Below, in pieces: positions 17,684-27,524 of a DNA stretch of 64,000 nt. Location: positions 1 to 64,000 of IMG/VR virus record IMGVR_UViG_3300034175_000017; one strand, 5' to 3'. Numbering within the stretch: the first letter of the stretch is position 1; every line of letters begins with the position of its first letter. The translations under genes and the position numbers were made by a program. The notes under the pieces were generated by a model. The model did no database searches. It had not been told where the DNA came from and saw only the letters and a list, made by a program, of their open reading frames with translations. The stretch is from a virus.

Positions 17684-19435
17684 ATGTTTGAACAGCTATA
17701 CCAGCAAGCGAAGCTACGGTTCGGTGATTCCAACGCGTCCCAATCTATGGGCGATTGGATGATGTCGAACACGACGATCAAGAAACGACCGTTCTCGTTT
17801 GACGATTACCCATTCCAGAAGGCTATTGCCGACGATATGCACGGCAATCTCTCGGTGAAGAAGTGTTCACAGGTCGGCCTGACCGAAGTGCAGATCAGGA
17901 AGTATCTCGCCATCCTGTCGCGCTCGAACGCCATCAACGGCATCTTCTCGCTGCCGAATGAGAAGATGTTCACCAAGATTTACAACGGTCGTATCAAGCC
18001 GATCCTCGAACAGGATAACGTCTTCAATCCGCCAACGGGTATCAAGCCCACACGGTCGAAGGATCAAATCCAAATCCGAGACAGCTTCGGTTACATCACG
18101 GCTTGCACCGAGGGTGACGCTACCTCCATCTCTGCTGACTTCCTGTTTCACGACGAGTTAGACCTCTCGCCGCAGGAGATAATTGCGCTCTATCAGTCCC
18201 GTCTTCAAGGTTCTGATATGCGTATTACGCAGTCATTCTCCACGCCAAGCTTCGTGAACTACGGCATCGACAAAAACTACAAGCTGACGGACCAGCGCGA
18301 ATACACGATGAAATGCGAGGCGTGCAATCACGTCCAAATCCCACGCTTTGAGCCGAAGTTCATCCACCTCGATCACTTCCCCTTTGATGTGGAGTCGTTC
18401 ACGGAACTGACGGCGCAAGAGATTGCGACCATCGACCTGAGCAATACATATGTTAAGTGCGAGAAGTGCGATGCACGCTTGGACCTGTCGAACGCCGATC
18501 AGCGCGAATGGGTCGCTACGTTCCCAACGCGTCTGAACTTCCGGGGCTATCAGGTTCGCCCCTTCTCGACGCACCGCATCAAGCCGGATTACATCTTCAA
18601 CCAGCTTGCCAACTACCAAGAGCGCAGCTTCACTCGCGGTTTCTACAATACTGTGTTGGGTGAGGAATACACTAGCTCAGACGCGAAGATTCAGCGTGCC
18701 GACGTGGAAGCAGCGATGCAGAAGGGAACGGCCAGTATCCCCAACATCAGCAGCGACGATGCCTGCTTCCTCGGGATCGACGTTGGTATGGCGTGCCATA
18801 TCACGATTTCCAAGGACGATGCGAACGGCTTCCCTGTGTTCGTCCTGTTCGAGACGGTGCCAGCGTCATACCTCGTCCGTCGCGTCGAGGAACTGATGTC
18901 TATCTACAACATCGTGCAGGGTGCCATCGACCGCTTCCCTTACACGAACGAGGCCAACGAACTGCGTGACCTGACGATGAGCCGCATCATGCCGATCCAG
19001 TATCGCGGCAACGCAGGTTTGCAGCCAGTATTCGAGCCTGACACCAAGATCATCTCCCACTACTCGGCCAACAATACGATGGCTCTCGACCGGGTGCGTG
19101 CGCTGGTTTCCAATCGAAAGATGTCTATCTCTGGCTATCAGGGAGCGAAGGAAACAGTCATCGCCCAATTGACTGACATGGTTCGTAATGACGCGCCGGG
19201 TGGTGACGATATGGGTGAGTGGCTGAAGGTCAGCGGCAATGACCACTACATGCACTCGATGGCCTTCAACTTGCTGTCGCGTCGTATTGGTGATCACTTG
19301 TTTGCAACTCAAGGCTCAACCATGCTAACAAGCCCCTCGTTTTTTGGTCAGACCTTTGGTAGTGGCCAAGGTTCACTTGACCTCAACGCGGGGATGAGTA
19401 TGAAATCAATCCAACGTATTTCGAGGTTAGGGTAA
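17684..19435 (+). CDS. terL: Terminase large subunit (lambda GpA family)
   Basis: PFQKAI, KKCSQVGLTE Walker A variant, LFHDELD Walker B, STP, CxxC pairs, FYNTVLG, LGIDVG nuclease motif, DHY. Confidence 0.92.
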   Translation: MFEQLYQQAKLRFGDSNASQSMGDWMMSNTTIKKRPFSFDDYPFQKAIADDMHGNLSVKKCSQVGLTEVQIRKYLAILSRSNAINGIFSLPNEKMFTKIYNGRIKPILEQDNVFNPPTGIKPTRSKDQIQIRDSFGYITACTEGDATSISADFLFHDELDLSPQEIIALYQSRLQGSDMRITQSFSTPSFVNYGIDKNYKLTDQREYTMKCEACNHVQIPRFEPKFIHLDHFPFDVESFTELTAQEIATIDLSNTYVKCEKCDARLDLSNADQREWVATFPTRLNFRGYQVRPFSTHRIKPDYIFNQLANYQERSFTRGFYNTVLGEEYTSSDAKIQRADVEAAMQKGTASIPNISSDDACFLGIDVGMACHITISKDDANGFPVFVLFETVPASYLVRRVEELMSIYNIVQGAIDRFPYTNEANELRDLTMSRIMPIQYRGNAGLQPVFEPDTKIISHYSANNTMALDRVRALVSNRKMSISGYQGAKETVIAQLTDMVRNDAPGGDDMGEWLKVSGNDHYMHSMAFNLLSRRIGDHLFATQGSTMLTSPSFFGQTFGSGQGSLDLNAGMSMKSIQRISRLG

Positions 19436-20938
19436 ATGGCAGGTATCATCGACGGACTAGGCGCTGTTCTCCTGCCCAAGGGTAAGGGGGTCAAGGGCGG
19501 CAAAGGTTTCACGCCGACGTTCAACCCACGTTCGGCAACGATGACTGCTCCGCAGTATCGTGACCACCTCACCGACCTCTACAGTTCGCGCCAATCGAGT
19601 GACAGTCGGTCGCTCATGGCGATCCTCGCCAACATGGACCCTGACGTATCAGCGGCCATGACTGCGTTCCTGTCTATCGCTGGCTCTGTCGATCCTGTTG
19701 TCTATGCCTACAACGAGAAGGACGAGATTGACCCTGAGGGGATCACCCTCGGCCAGCAGTTGCTTGCCTTGCTGACGACGACCAACGATTACACAATTGG
19801 CTACTCGGCCAAGCCCACTGTCGATGCGCTGTGCAACGACCATCGCTACCTCACGCTGCTTCGCGGTGGCACAGCATGCGAACTGGTGCTGGACAAGACT
19901 TATGTCCCGAACGAACTGCGTCTTGTGGACCCGGTTAGCCTTGAGTGGGAACAGCGGCAGAATGGCGTCTACTCGCCCATCCAGCGTCCTGCCAACTCGA
20001 ACGTGCCTATCGACTTGAACATCCCAACGTTCTTCACGTCGAACTTCCATCAGTCGCCGCTCGACCTCTACACCTATTCGACCTTTGTGAGCGCGATCAA
20101 CACTATCGCCTCGCGTCAACAGGTCATCAATGAACTCTACCGGATCATGAAGATCGTCGGCTATCCTCGCGTCGATATCGAAGTGATGGAAGATATGCTG
20201 GCCACCGCTGCGCCGCCTTCCATGCGGACTGACCCTGTGAAGATGCGTGCCTTCGTTGAGAACGAGCTTGGGCGTATTCGCGCAACTATCTCAACACTTG
20301 GCAGCGCCGATGCTTTCGTGCATACGAGCGCAGTCAAGGCTACGATCATCAACGACAAGAACCCGTCAGCGGGTATTCAAATCGACAACGTGATTGAAGT
20401 GTTGAACGCACAAAACCAAGCGGCACTTAAGGTCATGCCTTCCGTGGTCGGCAAGGGGAACAACGGACAGGTCGCTTCAACAGAGGCCCGTCTGTTCGCT
20501 CTCAACGCGGACGCTCTTAATCGGTCGGTGGCAGGATTGTTCACTAAGGCATTGACCTTGGGTGCGCGCTTAAGCGGCTACGCTGGTCGCATTGAAGTTG
20601 TCTTCCCGCCTGTAGAACTTCGTCCTGCGCTTGAGCTTGAACCGCAGAAGACGATGCGTGCCAGCCGCTTGAAGACTGACCTCTCCCTCGGCATCATCAC
20701 CGACATTGAGTATTCGATGGAAATGTATGGTCGCCCACCACTGCCGGGTGCTCCACCTCTGTCGGGCACGAACTTCCTTGACGCCAAGGAAGAAGAAGTT
20801 ACGATGAAGACGGACGACGTTTCATCGAACACCGACTCCTTAGGCCGTAGCCTGAGTGGTGAAGGTGGTAATGGTGTTGCGAAGGACAACGCTGCGAAGA
20901 GCGGCAATACCAAGGCTAAGCCTGCTGGAAAGCTATAA
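19436..20938 (+). CDS. Portal protein
   Basis: 500 aa directly after terL; DPDVSAA; helical character. Confidence 0.8.
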   Translation: MAGIIDGLGAVLLPKGKGVKGGKGFTPTFNPRSATMTAPQYRDHLTDLYSSRQSSDSRSLMAILANMDPDVSAAMTAFLSIAGSVDPVVYAYNEKDEIDPEGITLGQQLLALLTTTNDYTIGYSAKPTVDALCNDHRYLTLLRGGTACELVLDKTYVPNELRLVDPVSLEWEQRQNGVYSPIQRPANSNVPIDLNIPTFFTSNFHQSPLDLYTYSTFVSAINTIASRQQVINELYRIMKIVGYPRVDIEVMEDMLATAAPPSMRTDPVKMRAFVENELGRIRATISTLGSADAFVHTSAVKATIINDKNPSAGIQIDNVIEVLNAQNQAALKVMPSVVGKGNNGQVASTEARLFALNADALNRSVAGLFTKALTLGARLSGYAGRIEVVFPPVELRPALELEPQKTMRASRLKTDLSLGIITDIEYSMEMYGRPPLPGAPPLSGTNFLDAKEEEVTMKTDDVSSNTDSLGRSLSGEGGNGVAKDNAAKSGNTKAKPAGKL

Positions 20939-20939
20939 T

Positions 20940-21362
20940 ATGACCACCATTGCTTGCGACCTCAAATCAATGTCCGGTGACGGATACACTACCAAGGGCG
21001 ATACCATCGTTGGTCACGACGATGAGAAAGTCTTTCGTTTGCCTGACGGCAAGATCGTCGGCGGATCAGGTGACGTGGTAAACATCGCGCACTTCATCGA
21101 GTGGATACAAGAAGACGTGACGGACGAAGGTCCGAAGCTGAGCAAAAACTTTGAAGCCTTAGTTCTCCACCCGGATGGCAAGCTTTACCACTATGACAAT
21201 CGACTTACCCCGAGTCTCTGTCTAGGTCATAGCGCGATTGGTTCGGGTGGAGACTTTGCCTTGACTGCGATGGACATGGGTGGCGACAGCAAGAAGGCTA
21301 TTGAAATGGCGATCTTGCGCGACTTGTCCACTGGCGGTAAGATCACAACTCTCAAATTATAG
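20940..21362 (+). CDS. Ntn-hydrolase (HslV/proteasome beta-like) protease
   Basis: Start MTTIA (Thr1 nucleophile), D/K at the expected positions, GSG, AIGSGG, D..TGG. Confidence 0.85.
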   Translation: MTTIACDLKSMSGDGYTTKGDTIVGHDDEKVFRLPDGKIVGGSGDVVNIAHFIEWIQEDVTDEGPKLSKNFEALVLHPDGKLYHYDNRLTPSLCLGHSAIGSGGDFALTAMDMGGDSKKAIEMAILRDLSTGGKITTLKL

Positions 21363-21363
21363 A

Positions 21364-21388
21364 GTGGTTGCCCAACAACCACTGGACT
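21364..21388 (+). promoter_or_regulatory. Putative late promoter GTGGTTG-N5-CAACCAC-TGGACT
   Basis: Perfect 7-5-7 inverted repeat upstream of the head protease/capsid operon. Confidence 0.55.
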
Positions 21389-21419
21389 CCTGACATCACT
21401 CCGTAATACAGGCCACAAC

Positions 21420-22577
21420 ATGAAGCAGTTACCAATGACCGCCGAGCTTTCGGCACTGATTAAAAGTCGGGTGGGCGAGGACGTTGACACGTCCAATCTC
21501 GCGGTCTTTGAAACGATTGCTCTCAATACGAAGCCCCTACCCGGCAAGCGTGGCACCATTTGGGAAAACGCAGTTGTTAAGCCGGTCACTCTAGCGCAGA
21601 TGGTGGACTACATCATTTCGGGAAACCACCTCCCGTTGATTGCAGACCATGAATTGTTTGGTGCCCCCAAGGGCCGGTTCTTCGACGCCGCGCTGTTCTC
21701 GGACAGCAACAGCCTAGACGATCTGGAAATGCGGGCGCTGTTCTATTTGGACGAAACTGAGGCTGTCACCATTGCCAAGCTGAACGCAGGTTCGCTTGAC
21801 GAAGTATCGGTCTCGTTCCTTCCTACTGCGTTTCTCTGTTCCGATTGCGGGTTTGACTATTTCTCGCAGGGTGATATGGACAACATCGACTCTCGGACTT
21901 GTGATCTCGGTCACACCTTGGGTTCTGATGGCGTCCACGCAGAGATGGTTGGGCTTAATCAGTTTGTTGAGCTTAGTTTGGTTGCACGCGGTGCAGCAGA
22001 CAAGCCTAAAATAGTTGGCAAAAGTAATTCAAAGCTTGCGCCTGAATCTGTCTATCGCCTAGCGGCGAAAGGTTTTGCAACCGATCGCCTCGTTTTACAG
22101 GCGTCAATTAAGAAAGTAGACGACATGGATACCACTGTTCTTGTGACCAACCTTGCCGAAGTTACGGGCAAGTTTGCTGTCAGCGAAGCCGACAAGGCCC
22201 GCCTGACGACTGAACTTTCGGAAGTGAAGGGCAAGCTGACAACTGCTGAAGCTGATGTCGCTCGTCTCACGACCGAACTCGCCGCCGCCGTTTCCGCGCA
22301 GCCTGCAAAGCCTGCCGATTACGACACCGCCGTTGCAGGCAACACGGCTGCGGTCGCGTTCTTGCAAGAGCAGCTAAACGGCCTCTTGGTCGCCAGCGGC
22401 AAGCCGAAGCTTGAGGGTGATGCGCTTCCTAAGGAAGTGTCTGAACTCAAGGCGTCAATCACCGAGCACACCAATAACCTCACTGCTATCATCCCTACGG
22501 GTGGTGTTTCGCAGAGCGGCACTGGTGCCTCAACCGAGCCGAAGGTCGATTACTCGAACTTCTCGGTTCGTCGTTAA
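21420..22577 (+). CDS. Prohead protease / scaffold
   Basis: LIADH...GRFF...EVSVSF...CSDCG...ELSLVARGA, then coiled-coil scaffold C-terminus. Confidence 0.85.
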   Translation: MKQLPMTAELSALIKSRVGEDVDTSNLAVFETIALNTKPLPGKRGTIWENAVVKPVTLAQMVDYIISGNHLPLIADHELFGAPKGRFFDAALFSDSNSLDDLEMRALFYLDETEAVTIAKLNAGSLDEVSVSFLPTAFLCSDCGFDYFSQGDMDNIDSRTCDLGHTLGSDGVHAEMVGLNQFVELSLVARGAADKPKIVGKSNSKLAPESVYRLAAKGFATDRLVLQASIKKVDDMDTTVLVTNLAEVTGKFAVSEADKARLTTELSEVKGKLTTAEADVARLTTELAAAVSAQPAKPADYDTAVAGNTAAVAFLQEQLNGLLVASGKPKLEGDALPKEVSELKASITEHTNNLTAIIPTGGVSQSGTGASTEPKVDYSNFSVRR

Positions 22578-22599
22578 TCTGAAACAAGGATAAGAGCAC

Positions 22600-23028
22600 A
22601 TGGCTTACACTGGTTCCGGCGTCGTCGCCAGCGGGTTCCCTCAGACCGCTGACAAGTTCACTTTCACCTACTACCTGACGGGCGCGTTCGCTGACGAGAA
22701 TGCTGTCCGTGCCACAGAAGGCAAGGCTGTTTCTCAGGACACCGCCGCTGCCAGTTCTGTGAAGCTTGCTGCCAACGGCGAGCGCATCTTTGGTCGCGTT
22801 TACGTTGCCGAGCGGCGTGCGATCTTGGGCTTCAACACGGCTTCCATCCAGCGGAAGTTCAAGGAGAAGCTTCCTGCCGCAGTCGGCCACGGCATCGGTC
22901 TCGGTGCTTCGGTTGTCGGCGCGGGTAATGGTCTCGTTCGTCTCGCTGCTGCTGGTGCAGAAGCGGGTAGCGCGGGCAACATCGTAGTCGAGACGGGTGA
23001 CAATTACGTCGTCGTCGAGCAGTTCTAA
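22600..23028 (+). CDS. Capsid decoration/cement protein
   Basis: Small beta-rich Ala/Gly protein between scaffold and major capsid. Confidence 0.7.
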   Translation: MAYTGSGVVASGFPQTADKFTFTYYLTGAFADENAVRATEGKAVSQDTAAASSVKLAANGERIFGRVYVAERRAILGFNTASIQRKFKEKLPAAVGHGIGLGASVVGAGNGLVRLAAAGAEAGSAGNIVVETGDNYVVVEQF

Positions 23029-23040
23029 GGGATACCGAAC

Positions 23041-24243
23041 ATGACTAATCTGCTTTCCATTGTTAAGGGTCGTCAGCCAGCCGAGACGCTGCTTGCCGGT
23101 CTGCGGGACGAGAACCGCGCCGCCTCTTTGTCTGCCGGTCAGAACCTGATCGCCAAGGCAAAGGAAGCTCGCGTCAGCGTTCCTGATTACCTTCGTCTGG
23201 CCGTTGACACGACCACGGGCAAGTTTGCCGGTGCGTCCGCTGACGGCTTTGAGGTCGCACTCGCGTTCCTGAACCTCCCGGTCAAGGAAGACTTCAGCAA
23301 AGGCATTCTGCTTGAAGCTGCTGCCGAAGCGTTTACGACCTTCCCCGGCACGCGTGCCCTCTTCCCTGCCGTGATCGACACACAGGTTCAGTGGCGCTAC
23401 CGTCAGGATCAGATCGAAGACGTGACCAACTTGGTCTCGCAGAGCCGCAACATCAGCGGCGTCGAGATGATTACGACTGTGGTTGACGACCGCCCTGAGG
23501 ACTACCAGCAGGTCGGCGTTATCGCGGAAGGTGCGAACATCCCCGTTCGTGCGCTTCGCACCAGCGAGAAGGGCGTCAAGTTCTTCAAGTTCGGTGGCGG
23601 TATCGAGTTCACCTATGAGTTCGAGCGTCGGGCTTCGCTGGACATCATCAACCCATACGCTGCGCGTATGGAGCGTGAAGTTCAGATCGGTCAGACTGCC
23701 ATCGCCACGGCGATGCTCATCAACGGCGACGGCGTGAACGGCGCTGCCCCTGTGGTGAATGCGAGTGACCTCGCCCTGTCGCTCCCTGAGTCGGGTCGTC
23801 CTGTTGCTGCGGCTGGCCGCATCAATTGGGAAATCTTCCTGACGTGGCTCGTTCGTCGCGCACAGACGGGTGCTCCGATTGATACCATCGTAGGCAACTA
23901 CGACATGTATCTTGAGTGGGTCCGCATGTTCGCCACGCCTTCGGCCAACTCGGGTGCTCCGCAGATTCAGGCGCTTCAGGCGGCGGGTGTGCAGGTTGCA
24001 ATCGACAACCCGAACTTCCCGCTGAACGTGCGTTTCGCGCTCAGCACCACGGCCCCCGCCGCGAAGCTCATCGGCTTCATCAAGTCGGAGACCTTGGAGG
24101 AGTTGGTTGAGAATGGTTCGGATATCGAAGAGTCGATCCGCGCCATCGAGAACCAAAAGGTTCGTTACTTCAAGACCACCAACAAGGGCTATCGTTTGAT
24201 CTTCAACGACACCCGGTCGGTCCTCAACCTCAACGCCGCATAA
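23041..24243 (+). CDS. Major capsid protein (HK97 fold)
   Basis: VIAEGANIP...KFGGGIEFTYE...LINGDG; high-expression codon bias; followed by a terminator. Confidence 0.9.
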   Translation: MTNLLSIVKGRQPAETLLAGLRDENRAASLSAGQNLIAKAKEARVSVPDYLRLAVDTTTGKFAGASADGFEVALAFLNLPVKEDFSKGILLEAAAEAFTTFPGTRALFPAVIDTQVQWRYRQDQIEDVTNLVSQSRNISGVEMITTVVDDRPEDYQQVGVIAEGANIPVRALRTSEKGVKFFKFGGGIEFTYEFERRASLDIINPYAARMEREVQIGQTAIATAMLINGDGVNGAAPVVNASDLALSLPESGRPVAAAGRINWEIFLTWLVRRAQTGAPIDTIVGNYDMYLEWVRMFATPSANSGAPQIQALQAAGVQVAIDNPNFPLNVRFALSTTAPAAKLIGFIKSETLEELVENGSDIEESIRAIENQKVRYFKTTNKGYRLIFNDTRSVLNLNAA

Positions 24244-24260
24244 GCGTTGACATCTAACGG

Positions 24261-24286
24261 GAAAGGGGGCTAAGGCCCCCTTTCTT
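24261..24286 (+). terminator. Intrinsic terminator after the capsid gene
   Basis: GAAAGGGGGC-TAAG-GCCCCCTTTC then TT. Confidence 0.8.
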
Positions 24287-24319
24287 GTATCTGTTACAAG
24301 TCCTTGCAAGGAGAATACA

Positions 24320-24709
24320 ATGCCCCGTAAGCCTGAAGACACGAAGCTTCCAGAGAACGCTTCGCCCACCGATTTGAATGCCAACAACAACACCCGCGCC
24401 GAAGAGTTCGAGCTTAACCGCACGACCGACACGGACAGCGGCGAAGTCCTTGAGAACTCCACCGGCTCCAACTCGGTCGATGGCGAAGACAGTTCCAAGG
24501 AAGGACGCGACGGCGGTCCTCCCCCTCCCGGCACCGACAACTCGACTGCCGAGCGCATCAAGGTGAAGACCTCGGGTGCTTTCCTGTTCCACGACCCGTT
24601 CAGCAACACAACCGTGGACAACAGTGACGACGGCGGCAACAAGGACGGCGTGCTTCGTTCTGCACTTGTGCAGGGTGCGCTTGACGACGGTCGGCTGGTC
24701 GAAGCCTAA
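24320..24709 (+). CDS. Acidic low-complexity head-associated protein
   Basis: AGGAG SD; directly after the capsid gene. Confidence 0.65.
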   Translation: MPRKPEDTKLPENASPTDLNANNNTRAEEFELNRTTDTDSGEVLENSTGSNSVDGEDSSKEGRDGGPPPPGTDNSTAERIKVKTSGAFLFHDPFSNTTVDNSDDGGNKDGVLRSALVQGALDDGRLVEA

Positions 24710-25422
24710 TGCTGCGTAGCGGAAACGCTGCCAGCTTTCTCGTAGAGTTCCCGTCAGGTGCGCCTGACGGGAATCTCTCTTGGACGCTATTGGGGCCTGA
24801 TGGAACGCTTCTGACGAGCGGCTCTATCAACACGCCTGACAATGCCGTCTCTGAACAGATTGTAGTTCCCGGCCAGTATAACACGCTCCCGGCTGGTGAG
24901 CTTACTTCTTACCGTGATCTGACGTGGACCTATTCAAAGGGCGGCGCAATCATCAACGGTGAAGAGCGTTACACGCTTCAAGGCCGAGTGCCTTACGGTG
25001 CCACCCCTCAGGGTGTTCGCAACAAGTTGGGTGTCGATCCACACGATCTGCCTGACGACGAGATAGACTTGGTGAAGGCATACTACGATTATGGTGTGCT
25101 CGTCGCACGCACAGCCTTCCCTGACGTGATTACCGTGCCGCAGCAGGACATACGCATTCGAGACGCGATAGAGGCGCTGGCGGCGCTTGTGCTGGTTCCT
25201 AGCATGCAAGTTCGCATTGCCTCGAAAGAGAGCAGCGGCACTGATACGTTCCAGCGTCAGAAGATTGATTGGGCGCTACTCGCTGATAACCTCAACGCCA
25301 TCGTTGTGGGCGGTGCGCTCATTCTCGATCCGGCGTTCGATGAGACGGCAGGCTTCGGGGCTGTGTTCATTCTTGCTTCGCCAACCACCGATGCCATCAC
25401 CGCAGAGGGAGCGGTGGGTTAA
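24709..25422 (+). CDS. Head-tail adaptor (putative)
   Basis: YGATPQGVRNKLGV...LPDDEI, gp15/gp6-like helical domain; position. Confidence 0.6.
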   Translation: MLRSGNAASFLVEFPSGAPDGNLSWTLLGPDGTLLTSGSINTPDNAVSEQIVVPGQYNTLPAGELTSYRDLTWTYSKGGAIINGEERYTLQGRVPYGATPQGVRNKLGVDPHDLPDDEIDLVKAYYDYGVLVARTAFPDVITVPQQDIRIRDAIEALAALVLVPSMQVRIASKESSGTDTFQRQKIDWALLADNLNAIVVGGALILDPAFDETAGFGAVFILASPTTDAITAEGAVG

Positions 25423-25889
25423 TCCCCACGCTCATGCGCTATCTCGGTGCGCTTCACTTCCAAACCAATGGTCCGGTAGTTACGGATTTCTGATTGAGCC
25501 ATCGGCAGCATGCTGAAGTTGCTGATGACCAACTCGCTGACTTCATCGCCATTGTCCATGTTCAGCAGCTTGATCTTCGCGCCTTCGTAGAAGTAACCAT
25601 GTATGGCGTCGATGAGTTCGATCTCGTCCAGCAAGTTCAGGTCTCGGTAGCTTGACACAGCAAGAGCAACCCGGATCGCCCACAGACCGCCGTTCTCGTC
25701 AAACGAGAAGCCGTCTAATCCTACCAGCGTGTGCTTCGGTAGTTCGTTCTCGTCGTTGCGGCTCTCAAAGTTGTGCCACTCCAAGAAGCCGTGCGTGCCT
25801 CGGGCGTTCAACTCATCAATCGTGTCGGTGACGTGCCGCATGATTGACTTGTAGACAGGTTCGATTACGGAGGGACGCGGAGAAGACAT
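25419..25889 (-). CDS. Tail terminator / tail completion protein (putative, antisense)
   Basis: Acidic 156-aa alpha/beta protein inside the neck region. Confidence 0.5.
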   Translation of the reverse strand: MSSPRPSVIEPVYKSIMRHVTDTIDELNARGTHGFLEWHNFESRNDENELPKHTLVGLDGFSFDENGGLWAIRVALAVSSYRDLNLLDEIELIDAIHGYFYEGAKIKLLNMDNGDEVSELVISNFSMLPMAQSEIRNYRTIGLEVKRTEIAHERGD

Positions 25890-26801
25890 TTGGCGAGACT
25901 TTCACAAAGTGCTGTTGTTATTCGTTTCGTCCTTGGCAAGGGCCTTGTCAAGGCTCGTCAGCGTTACGACGACACCGCTCGCGCTATCTTCCGTCGCGTT
26001 ACTCTTGAATATGCCGAGGGTGCTTACGAGGAAATGCGTAAGAACCTACAGGCCACTGTCGAGGCCGACGTTCGAGCAGAGCTTGTTCACATGGCCCTCC
26101 TGTTCCGTCGTCACATCATCGGAGCCGCAGGCACCAAGACTACGCCATCTGGCGGATTAGATACCGTCACGAAAGGGTCCGGTGCTCCACGCCAAACTCT
26201 AAGTTCTATGCTTCCTGCGTGGGCACCTCGCAATGCTGAGTATCTTCAGCGCAAGCGCACTGCCACAGGTGGCGTAGGATGGTTCGACAATCGCGGCTGG
26301 AAAGAGTCGCAGTATGACGCCCGATACTCTAGCCGTGTTAGCCGCAAGCCGGGTAGGGCAGCTATGCACGGTTTGCTGTTTCGTGAAATGCGGCAGGATA
26401 CTTGGGAGACTATGTTCGGTCCCATCAGCGTTCGCTTCTATCGTCAGCGCAAGCTGGAATCCACAGATGGCGTTGCCAACTTGGGTGTCGCCAAGAAGAA
26501 GAATATGCAGGTGCAGATCGGCAGCATCCAAGTGCGGGCGCTTGGCCGCATCACGCCTGCAATGCTCCCCGGCTTCACGTCAGGAGACGTGCGAGCAAGT
26601 GTCGCAGGCAATCCAGAGTTGATAAAGCTGGTGTATGGTTATGACCCACAACTTGCTCTGCGCTTGGGTCAAATGAACAACGGTGTGTATCGTCCTACCC
26701 TTGAGCCGTTCCTTGGCTTCTTCCTCACCCGCTCGCTGCCGTATGCAGTGAACGAGCGGCTGAGGAAGGGTGTTCTCAAGACTGCATTTAGATCGTCATA
26801 G
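25890..26801 (+). CDS. Neck / tail-completion protein (HK97 gp10-like, putative)
   Basis: Basic; WAPRNAEYLQRKR and YRPTLEPFL motifs. Confidence 0.55.
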   Translation: MARLSQSAVVIRFVLGKGLVKARQRYDDTARAIFRRVTLEYAEGAYEEMRKNLQATVEADVRAELVHMALLFRRHIIGAAGTKTTPSGGLDTVTKGSGAPRQTLSSMLPAWAPRNAEYLQRKRTATGGVGWFDNRGWKESQYDARYSSRVSRKPGRAAMHGLLFREMRQDTWETMFGPISVRFYRQRKLESTDGVANLGVAKKKNMQVQIGSIQVRALGRITPAMLPGFTSGDVRASVAGNPELIKLVYGYDPQLALRLGQMNNGVYRPTLEPFLGFFLTRSLPYAVNERLRKGVLKTAFRSS

Positions 26802-27192
26802 CGCGATTGATCGCGGCTACAGCAGCATGGACATCAGCATGACCAGCCGCAAGGTTCTTCACGCCCTCATCACCCACCTTCGGTGGAGTAGGCTGACTAC
26901 CCTTACCACCGCCAAGTGCAGCGTTAAGAAGAAGAGCCATAGAGTTGTGACGTGCAAGGGACTGCGAAGTAGTGAACCCTAGCTTCAACTGAAGCTTAGC
27001 TTGGATTTCACGCCGAGCTAGGCTCCAGTATATTCCATCAAGATCGGATTCTACGCAGTCGAATCCCCAACAGACGGCATCTCCGAAGTCGAGGGACTCG
27101 AACCATTCGGTAATGGCACTGATGGGGCTGGCATCATTGCTTGAAACTGGACGCTGAGGTTTGCCAGACCCGTGGTCCGCTTGGCGAAAAAA
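26788..27192 (-). CDS. Tail assembly chaperone GT extension (reached by -1 frameshift)
   Basis: Protein-like -1 frame with no good start of its own, open across the slippery heptamer TTTTTTC. Confidence 0.6.
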   Translation of the reverse strand, partial: FFRQADHGSGKPQRPVSSNDASPISAITEWFESLDFGDAVCWGFDCVESDLDGIYWSLARREIQAKLQLKLGFTTSQSLARHNSMALLLNAALGGGKGSQPTPPKVGDEGVKNLAAGHADVHAAVAAINRAMTI

Positions 27193-27524
27193 TACAGGGC
27201 ATGCTCCGCTGCCCACATAAGCATCCGCTCAATTACTTCACCATCAAGATCAACTTGATCCGGCTTGATGAGGTCGGCCTCAGGGTCCGTGATGATTTGG
27301 TTCTTGTCGGTGAGGCAGCGGCGGATGACGTAATCCTGTGTGAAGGGATCGTTCATGAGCAAAGCCATTGCCGTCTGAGGATCAGGCAGCATCCGACGAA
27401 TGTCCATCTCAAGACCGTAGGTCATCTTGAGGGGAGCTTTGCCGGTCTCTGGAGGGAAGGTGAAGAACAACTCAGGACGGGGCATATCCTTGAGTGCTTG
27501 AAGAGTTGCGGCCTGATCGTCCAT
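27051..27524 (-). CDS. Tail assembly chaperone G (putative)
   Basis: 157-aa protein containing in-frame TAT TTT TTC (YFF). Confidence 0.65.
   Translation of the reverse strand: MDDQAATLQALKDMPRPELFFTFPPETGKAPLKMTYGLEMDIRRMLPDPQTAMALLMNDPFTQDYVIRRCLTDKNQIITDPEADLIKPDQVDLDGEVIERMLMWAAEHALYFFAKRTTGLANLSVQFQAMMPAPSVPLPNGSSPSTSEMPSVGDSTA
27186..27192 (-). other. Programmed -1 ribosomal frameshift slippery site T TTT TTC
   Basis: X XXY YYZ heptamer in the correct phase, linking ORF 27051..27524 to the frame ending at 26788. Confidence 0.6.

Noticed and set aside
22495-24642. 715-aa minus-strand ORF
   Set aside because: Antisense shadow of the decoration/capsid genes caused by codon bias; no motifs.
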